A program made the translations under genes and the position numbers. From contig OZ024740.1 in the NCBI GenBank assembly GCA_964016885.1, forward strand, positions 402,504,001 through 402,568,000: 64,000 nucleotides of DNA, read 5' to 3'. Source of the DNA: Eledone cirrhosa (taxonomy: Eukaryota). Within the stretch, counting starts at the first letter, position 1. The number at the start of each line of letters is the position of its first letter. The notes beneath the pieces are model-generated. The model worked only from the letters and a program-made list of their open reading frames with translations. It was not told where the DNA came from and searched no databases. Positions 54,825-64,000 of this stretch are shown one piece after another.

Positions 54825-55950
54825 TAAGGACACAAATGCGGCACCATCTCGGTGATGTTTAAGTCAGAAGACATCGCTATAAAACACTGAGTGAGCCCTT
54901 GAAACAACAGAATGGTCATTATATACCCATCCCTCATGGGATAAATAACTGTTAAAGTCCGCATTCCCAGGTTCCACCACAACCAATATGTGGTGGCTAC
55001 TGGGAAGCTTGATTGTGGAGGAATCAGATGCCATCCCGATCGAGGCAACCTGAACAACATGGGAGGACGGGTCGGTGTTGGTCTGGAAATACTTCTCCAG
55101 ATGAGTCCTGAGGAACTGAGAAAAGTCCCGGACCACACCCGTGTTCAAAACGTGACGTCTCTGCAAGTAATGACCGAGAGCAAAAGGCCGCAGCTTCATC
55201 TGCGGCGAAACAATTCACTTGCAAGCCTTAGTTAAAAAATGCAAGGGGGCGAAACCATTCACCGCTGTCGATGCCGGGGTGGGGACCATTACCAACACCA
55301 GCACCGTCAACACCATCAGCAGCAACACCAGCGGAAACACCACCACCAACTTTGACCACCCACAGGGAAGACGAGGACAGCTCTCCCATTTCCCCTCCCA
55401 TAAATACACACATTGACACAAACACAAAACCAAACATACACAGAGACACAGACACAGACACCTAGTCTTCCATCAGCGAAGATGAGGTAAATCCTAATTC
55501 AAAAATCAAAAAAGACTCACGAAAAATAACTGCACACATACAAAAACACCAAAATCTGAAAATGTAGACACCACCCACACAACGACCTCAAACACTTCCA
55601 CAACAACAACACAACCACAGGCACCGCCCCCATAACCCCCCAAACGCAAACAACCACAACAAACGCAAGAACTAAAGAACACAAAAAACAACTGAAATCG
55701 CAAACTCCACAGCAACAACAAAACACACAAAACTTGGTGCTTCTAAGAAACGCCAACGAGGAATTGATGGCCCTCATAGCACAAAGTCAAGAAACCGAGA
55801 AAGAAGGGGAGATTTTTGGAACGAGCCCATTTCGCGGGCCAGAAGATTTAATTGCGGTACGAATATCGATCGACATCCACAAAGGAATTATGGAGAGGTT
55901 TCCTCGTGATGGGGGAATCCAGAATATAAGAGCATCAAGCAGATTGCTTT
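54825..55950 (+). mobile_element. Possible LINE ORF1 (gag-like) remnant
   Basis: GC-richer block. Across a frameshift, QVMTESKRP runs into FICGETIHLQA, resembling a degenerate zinc knuckle, followed by a low-complexity Pro/Thr/Lys region. Confidence 0.4.
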
Positions 55951-57113
55951 AGGACTTCCCAAAAGAAACTCTATTAAATATGGAGGCCCAACCACAAGGC
56001 CTCGGAAGGTTAGTAACCTTTCCCGTTCTTCTGTACCCTTCCAGCATCGCCATCCATGTGATTATGAATTGCAGTTTAAAGTGCTGGATTTTACCCCGTA
56101 CAATTACATACAGGAATAACGTGGATAAGTTCACGGATTTCTGGCTATAAAGTCCTTTGCTTTAAGACCAATAATTATTTTTCTTTTCCTTTGTCTACAT
56201 ATGTACACATAATCCCTCTGAAAAATTGAAGCAACACCTTGTGAAACCTAAACAATCAATGAAGACAACCACATAAAGAAACAAACATGATATTCAGCAA
56301 GGCAAATAGTTGGATGCAAAAATAAACTAATGACATTTTTAAACCAATGGCATTACTATCGAGAATTCTAGTGATTTGTGCTTTGGTGGGATATAAAAAT
56401 TCCAAAACAGTCGCACATTCACACACATGCGCAATATAAACATACAGCATTTAGACAAGAGAGAATCTCCATGAAACTGTATCTCACAAAAAGAACTGAC
56501 ACTTGAAATAGAAAAATGGTATCCTATCTTTACATTGTCCGCACTGCAAATCCTTCTTTGTGCCACCCAAATAAAATTTAGCTACAGCTAATACGTAAAG
56601 TGATATTTCTTACCTCCAATGCTTCTGTATATACGTTGTTTTCAACACTGATGATGGACCAAAATTCAAACCCCTGTCCATACATTATTTCCACGGTCCT
56701 TGGTAGGATCGTAAAGGCTGGTCACACTAAGCTACTTTAATGGCATCAACCTTTAGACTGTAATGAATTTCATAACACAGAATAGGACCACTTGTTCAAT
56801 ACTGACGTGATATGCAATCAGGTGGAGTCCCTATAAAGATAACGGTTCTCATAACCCAAACCATAAAACAATTCTGGAGTGGTATTCTGTAATGAAAAGC
56901 GTTTCATCTAATCATTCAGAAGAAAAATCCCATCTGCTAAACATGTGGAGTAAAGGTAATTTAAGAGTATTATGTCGGGTAAAGTTGAAAATCTAAAAGA
57001 AAACAAGAAGAGTAGTCAGCTGAAACTACTATCCCTAGTACGCTGCCACACACTGTTCTGAAAACGCCGAGTTAGATTCTTTCGTCCTTGTTTCTGGGAG
57101 CTGGGAAATTTAC

Positions 57114-57219
57114 CTTCCCCACACCATAAGCATTAGCAAAAGCTTCGTCGTCTTGAAAATGTCGAGGTAATGGGCTTAATCCTCCGACATGTGACTTTCT
57201 AGGATTAGTCTGTGAAGAA
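57114..57219 (-). CDS. Candidate internal exon of an unidentified host gene
   Basis: Acceptor ttgatttcctctttcag, donor AAG|gtaaat; only one frame is open: SSQTNPRKSHVGGLSPLPRHFQDDEAFANAYGVGK. Confidence 0.35.
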
Positions 57220-57499
57220 CTGAAAGAGGAAATCAACACATGTAGGTGTGTGTTAGAATGGTTCGCACATAGATTTCCCTTTTCCATATAAATGACTCAC
57301 TACAAAAGCGCTACCGTTACAGACACATTATTAATATTATATTTGTCTGACATACTGTATATCAATCATTATTCAAATTAATAGCGTTAAGTAATTTTCT
57401 CCCGGACTATATGATTTTATTCTTCATGTTACATCTTGTAATTTGCTATTTTCATTTGTTGTTTATATACAACACGTGGTAATACTGGTTTATGTATAA

Positions 57500-57710
57500 G
57501 TGGGTTGTAGATTGGCAGAATTGGTAGAGAGTCGGATAAAACACCTTTACGTTATTTGTAATGGCTCTTTACATTCTGAATTCAAATCCCGTTAATGCCG
57601 AGTTTGGATTTCATCCTTCGGGGTTCAATAAAATAAAGAAAGAAATGGTGTGATTTATTCAACTTTGCCCTTCTCTCAAACATGTTGGCTTTGTGCCTAA
57701 ATTAGAAATC
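57500..57710 (+). mobile_element. tRNA-derived SINE, diverged
   Basis: tggcagaattggtagag..gaattcaaatccc..ttcatccttcggggttcaataaaataaag..tgtgcctaaattagaaa. Confidence 0.75.
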
Positions 57711-60700
57711 AATATAGGTTTGTTCTATAGAGATTGAAAAGGGAGTGTTCACAATATTTACAATGAAGCGTTTCTACAAAGTCGTGTTTCACTTTTATTC
57801 AGTTTAACTTATAGATATTCTTTTAATCGGTTCCAGGGAAAATTTGGATGCAGATATGACTGAAGGCTTAAGAAGTTAGCTTCACAATACTTCTGAGAGA
57901 TTGTGTAACAACTGAATTATTTCTTCGGTACTCTTACTGGCTTTGAAACATCTCTTGTTTGTCGTTTGAAAGGTATGTTATGCAGAGACTCTTAACTAAT
58001 TCGTTCGGAAGAGCGCCAGTGAAACCAATGTCATCTAGGTGAAAATAGTATCGTGGAGTCTGAAACCTGAAATTTCGATTTATCTAGATTATGTAGTAAA
58101 TAGGGTCAGCTACGTGGAAAAAGATAAATGCCGAGATACGAGCCACAGGCCTATCTACTGGTTGTCCAGTCTTCTACACGTATAGCAGTCTTGTTCTAGA
58201 TTGTTAGATCGAAGAATAGAAAGTGATTAACGTTTGCATAGAGAAAGCATTGTCATTGGAAATAATTTGAGTTAGAAATATTCGCACATTTCAGATATAT
58301 ATGTAACAAGTAGACCAATATTAAATAATGGTATGAAACAATTTGTGAATAAAACTATATTATACATGATGTATGCACCATCGACTTCGCGAATGAACAT
58401 TCAGTTATGTAATGGTTGACCGTCTAAATGGTTAATTATTTTGAAAATTACTCAATGCGCAGTTAACATAATGCTCAGGGGAAACAAGTGCAACACAATG
58501 TGACAAGGAAAGATATGTGAATACGCTCTCAGTTTTCTGTTATCTAATTTCAGTCACAGAATTATGTTTATACGATTCGGCTCAAGATGTCCCACAGAGG
58601 GATCGAACCAAGAATCTCATAATAGCGAAGCAAACATTCGCCTTACTAAAAACTTGTTAGTTTATGCCTGGTATCCTTCACAATTTATATCACTGGCATA
58701 TAACGTAGAAGGTATATATAACAAATATAAACTTTCCATTTCTGACAATCTGCAGAACTCGAACCACCGTCACATTGCCGCATTACATTACAATACATCC
58801 GCTCAATAACCAATTCTTCATTTTGGACATAAACGGACTGACATCCTCGCATTCAAACTAACCTTGTATTCATTCTTACCATACCTAACCTCAAATATTA
58901 GGAGAGAAATGTAGCTTGTTATTATTATTGAATCCATTCCAGACTGCTACGTATGTAATAACAACCCGGTAAGCAAGAAGGTCTACATCTATCCCATGTA
59001 GAACTTGGACTGAAAACGTAAAGTGATAAAATTAAATAAAGCAAGATAGTTCAGACTGTGAGTTTAAAAAGTTTCTTTCTCTATAATCAGTCTACTCCTG
59101 ATAATAGTGATCTCTATCTGTAGTGTGTAACATTAACACGAGGTAATATATTTGGGAGGAGAGTACAGTCGAATGTATTGGGCCAGTACTTAACTTGCAC
59201 ATAATTTCCTGACTTGGAATGATGCAGGGAAAATGATATTTCGATGGTATTTTAAATCTAAATGTAAACACCCTACAGATTATCTTAACCAGCCGAACTT
59301 ACTGCTGCCCTAATAATTTCAATAGTATTTTCACACATTTTATCCCATAAAATCTATACAACCCCCTACTTAAATATATATATATATATATATAAAATCA
59401 ATTAATTACTTAGGGCAATCATTTTATAATTTTGAACTGATAGAGAATTTCACAATATTTGAAACAAAATCCAACATTAATTTTCATGGCCTCATTCACA
59501 ACATAACCTATCACACTTTTCTTCTATCATCGCCCGCTACAAACTCTGCACTTAATTCTTTCTTCTTATTGTTATATTATCCTCTGCTTCTAGTTCATTG
59601 TTTAATTTAGATCCCGTTTTGTTTTCCTTAACTCTGGGGTTTCCAACAAATAAATGTATTTAAAATAAACTTTCTTGCACATCTGGGTTTTCGTCAACAA
59701 CGTTGACCCTATTATCGTCAAAATGCCCTAATATTCTTTTTCTTCTTCTTTGTTACCTCTCTTTCAAATAAATCCTATTATGCTTTTTTCCTCCTTAGAT
59801 ACAAGGCCAACTGGTGCATGGGAGATGATAGATATATCAACCATTCTTCCACATGAAGATGTTCCCTTTCATAATATTTATAATTCCGTCTCATCTAAGT
59901 TTTCTTGAATTCTCTCTTAATATTTTCATTTTCATTTTTATTTTCTTCCCTTTTACACTAACATCACTATTTCATTAATTTATCCTGCAATTTTTGGCCT
60001 TATATTTGATCCGCAACCAGTTACTTTCTTAATTTTAGCTCTTCTAGCGCTCGCACTTTATCTACTCTTCTTAATGTTTATATCCTACATTGTTTCCTAC
60101 TTCCTTTCAGAGTTTAAACTTGCACGCCCTACATCATAATCCAAATTGCACAAAGTATTCATCTTTCTCATTGCTGTATTCCCGTCGTCGTTTTCTTACT
60201 CTGTCTGATTCTATTTTCGTACACTTCTCTACTTTCTTCTTTTTCTTCACTATTTACAAATTGTTTCATGGATTTCTTTGTTTATTTTACTGTGTCTTCT
60301 TCCCCTTAACTTCCCTTTATTAACACTGTATCACTTTCCCGTCCGCCTACGACTCAATCCATCTCAATTGTCTTACACCTCCTTTACGTCTATTGTACTT
60401 ACCTTAACTACTTATTAAACACCTTATTTAACGGTTTCCTCCCTCAATCTCCCGACCCTCACTCTTCTACCATCTCCTGCCTATTACAATCAATGTTCCT
60501 GTGATTGATTTTTTAGGTTCCTTTCTTTTCAGGCACTGTGTTGCTTTCAATTATTTACCAAAGTTTAATGAAATTAAATTCTTCCTGTTAAAAATTAATT
60601 TTATATTTAATTACTTAACGGAGCCCTGCAAATTGATGCTCGGTCATTTAAGTAAAAGAGAATATTATCAATCTCCTTAGCTTTCTATACTTTTCGCTTT

Positions 60701-61595
60701 TGATTTTCTCAGTTTATTTATTTATTTATTTATCAATCAATTACAAACAAACAAACTACATCTTCACAATCACATTTGTCTTCTCTCTTTTTCTCTTCTT
60801 TATTTCTCCCTCCTTCCCCGTCTCTCTCACTCTATCTCACACACACAAAACACACATTTCTGGAAATTTCTTGTCTTTTCTAATTATTTCATTCACTGTA
60901 TTTATTTCTCTTTTGCGTTTTACTTCTTTTTCTCCCTTTCTTTCATTCATCACATTTTTCCCTTTCGTATTTTCTTTCGTTTTACCGTTTCCTTCTTTGT
61001 GGGTTTACTGTTTTTCTTTTTTTTTCTTTCTTTATTTTTCTCTTTTCCTATGTCTTTCATTCTTTCTCTTTTCCTTTTATTTTTTGTCATTCTAATTCAA
61101 CATCTTTAAGCCATTCTTTCAAACGATTCATTTGTTATACATTTCCATTCATTTCTTTCTTTCTTCAATGTTCGTTCATTTTCCCATCATTTTTCATTTT
61201 GTCTTCTTTACTCAATGAAATAATTTATCCAATAAAGTTTTGCCTTTTGTTTTCTATCTAAACACACTGACTTAATTTCCTGCAAGTTTTCTTTATATAT
61301 TCTGTTTTCCTTCCACTGCTTTCGTGGTTTCCCTTCATTTTAATTTTCTATACTTTTTTTTTTTTTACGAGAAAAAGTTGATTAAAATATATCTTTGTTT
61401 TTAAACCATTCTTTTAACTTCTATATTTATTTCCATTATAAAGTGTGTTTCTCACTAAAAAATGATTAGAGATTAACATTACTTTTTTTCCACTCATGGT
61501 TATATAATTTCAATCTTTGCAACCCTATCTTGTTTTCCTGTTGCTTTCCCTCTCTGATTATGTATACAAAAACAGAAACACACACACACACACAC

Positions 61596-61666
<71 letters not shown>

Positions 61667-61773
61667 AATTTATATATATATATAAAATTGTGTGCGTGTC
61701 TGTGTGTGTGTACATGAATTTGTGTGTGTGTCTTTATGTATATATATATATATATACATATATACATATATAC

Positions 61774-61917
<144 letters not shown>

Positions 61918-62771
61918 TCCTCTTACATTAATAATGATGAATCAAGTAACAAGTTTTGATTCAAGTTTAGGTACTTCTTTTTTCCTTTTCTATTCTTCTT
62001 CTTGTCGGTATTTTCCTTTATCGTTTGTCTAAATTATTTGCTCGATTTCTCTTCGCATCTGCATCTAACTCCGTATTTCGTTTTACTCTTTATATATTTC
62101 TTTCAACTTATTTTTGTTGTTTGTAAATGTGTGTTTCTTTCTCTTTGAATGCCAGTGCATAAATGTATGTGAATGTTTTAGTGTTGTTAAAACAATCCTG
62201 AAAACTATTTTCATTTGTTAGTACATTCTAAGACCAAGCTTAATCTGATGTTTGTCAAGTAATTAATGAAACAGTTTGTGTTTGTTTGACTTAAATATAT
62301 TCATTTCTTTTATTTATCTATTTCCGTCAGAATTTTATAGGTGTCAGCCATTCCCATCTGACATAATTTATTTTTCATGTTAGTTTTTGTTTCATTTCCC
62401 TCTCCACCCTATTATTTACCTACTTAAATCACAATAGCTCCTCTCCAGAATAGTTGATGCAATTTCTTATCTTCGTTTAAAATCATAGCATCGATAGGCA
62501 TGCTCCTACTTTTATAAGGTTTCTTGTTTTCCTAATCAAAATTTAATGCGTTTTCTTAAATTCCATAAGTATTTATACGTATCTTTTCTTTTTTCAGTTT
62601 CAAATTAATGATCTTTTACGAGTTTATCTTTCAGTGTGTTCATCATGCACGTTTGTTAAAATGATATATTTTCATTTATATATTCTGTGAAAAGGTCATT
62701 ACGTATGTATGTATAGATTTCAACGCTTTTACAACTCATATACATCACATGTACATGTATTGGAGACACTG

Positions 62772-62832
<61 letters not shown>

Positions 62833-62910
62833 CACAAGTAAAAAATAGCTATAATGTTGTATCAATGTATCAAATACGTGCAAACACACATGTACCTGTA
62901 ATTTTAAAGC

Positions 62911-62986
<76 letters not shown>

Positions 62987-63223
62987 GTTCTTACATATAT
63001 TTAAATAATAATATATAAGTTAAAGATTGAATCAATTGTAGAGAAACTTCGAGTGAGAACATTTCAGCTCAAATTTCTTTTTATACAGATAGAAATATAC
63101 AGGAATGAGAATTTAAAGGTAAAATGAACGTTTTAACACAGAGCATATGAAATAAATTAAGATGACAGAAAGCCATTTTTGAATCACATAATCCTTACTT
63201 GTATATAATGAGTCTAGATGTAA

Positions 63224-63299
<76 letters not shown>

Positions 63300-63931
63300 A
63301 AAGAGAGTGAGAGAGAGAGCAGAAGAGAGAGAGAGTCTGTGGTACCGTGGAGACCACTAATCAGGGGAGTACTCAATGCATGGGGAGATGTAAAATCCCT
63401 TGGCGCTGAGGGCAGGATTTTACACAGCTCTCTCTCTCTAGTTCTCCCTCTTACTCTCTCTCTATCTCTCTCTCTATATATATATATATAGAGAGAGAGA
63501 GTGAGAGAGAGAGAGTGAGAGAGAAGAGAGAGAGAAAGAAAGAGAGAGAGAGTAAGATTATTTGGCTGAGGCCATGAGATGTATAAATCATGACTTTAAA
63601 ATTAAGTGCTCAGAGCAAAGAAGATGGGAAAAAAAAAATTACTCCAACACTTACTTTTGAATCTTTAATTTTTAGATTTTAATTCTTATTAATTCTTTTT
63701 AATTGTAATACTCAACATTTGATAAGATTAATTTTAACAATACACCGAAACCGGTAATACTTTATATACTTTATATATATTATATACTTTATAAAAGTAT
63801 TTTTTAAAAAGAATTGTCTCTCTCACTTTTTCAATAATGTCATCTTTTCAATAAGGTCACTTTGAGGCATCAAAGAAAGGAAAAAATGAAAAACAGACCT
63901 TAAAATATATTTTCCATGTTATTTCCAACTT

Positions 63932-63937
<6 letters not shown>

Positions 63938-64000
<63 letters not shown>
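63938..64000. repeat. (TC)n microsatellite running off the window
   Basis: Direct reading. Confidence 0.95.

Noticed and set aside
56640-56690. CTGATGA followed by a tggac..gtcca hairpin
   Set aside because: No GAAA after the stem.
56614-56758. Minus-strand exon ending in GAG|gtaaga
   Set aside because: The frames tested from plausible acceptors contain stops.

Overview
Repeat-rich eukaryotic DNA, probably intronic or intergenic. An octopod cephalopod is my inference from the tRNA-derived SINE family and the extreme (TA)n/(CA)n density. I cannot identify any host gene; there is one candidate 106-bp exon at 57114-57219. The long ORFs in the track are artefacts of microsatellites and of a 9.3-kb CA-rich satellite (45250-54540). 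The window holds decayed transposons: Tc1/mariner, RTE, R4/Dong-like and CRE-like LINEs, a Penelope-like GIY-YIG remnant, MITEs and SINEs. The main discovery is a set of short unrelated elements sitting in or against (TA)n tracts that carry minimal type I hammerhead ribozymes (HHRs). Four have a complete core: 33382-33425, 36869-36939, 37043-37113 and 37442-37481. Several fold-back families keep only the 3' half of a hammerhead, and their palindrome axis falls in hammerhead stem II. This suggests self-primed inversion at the ribozyme hairpin during insertion. All structures were read by eye, not computed, and many boundaries are approximate.
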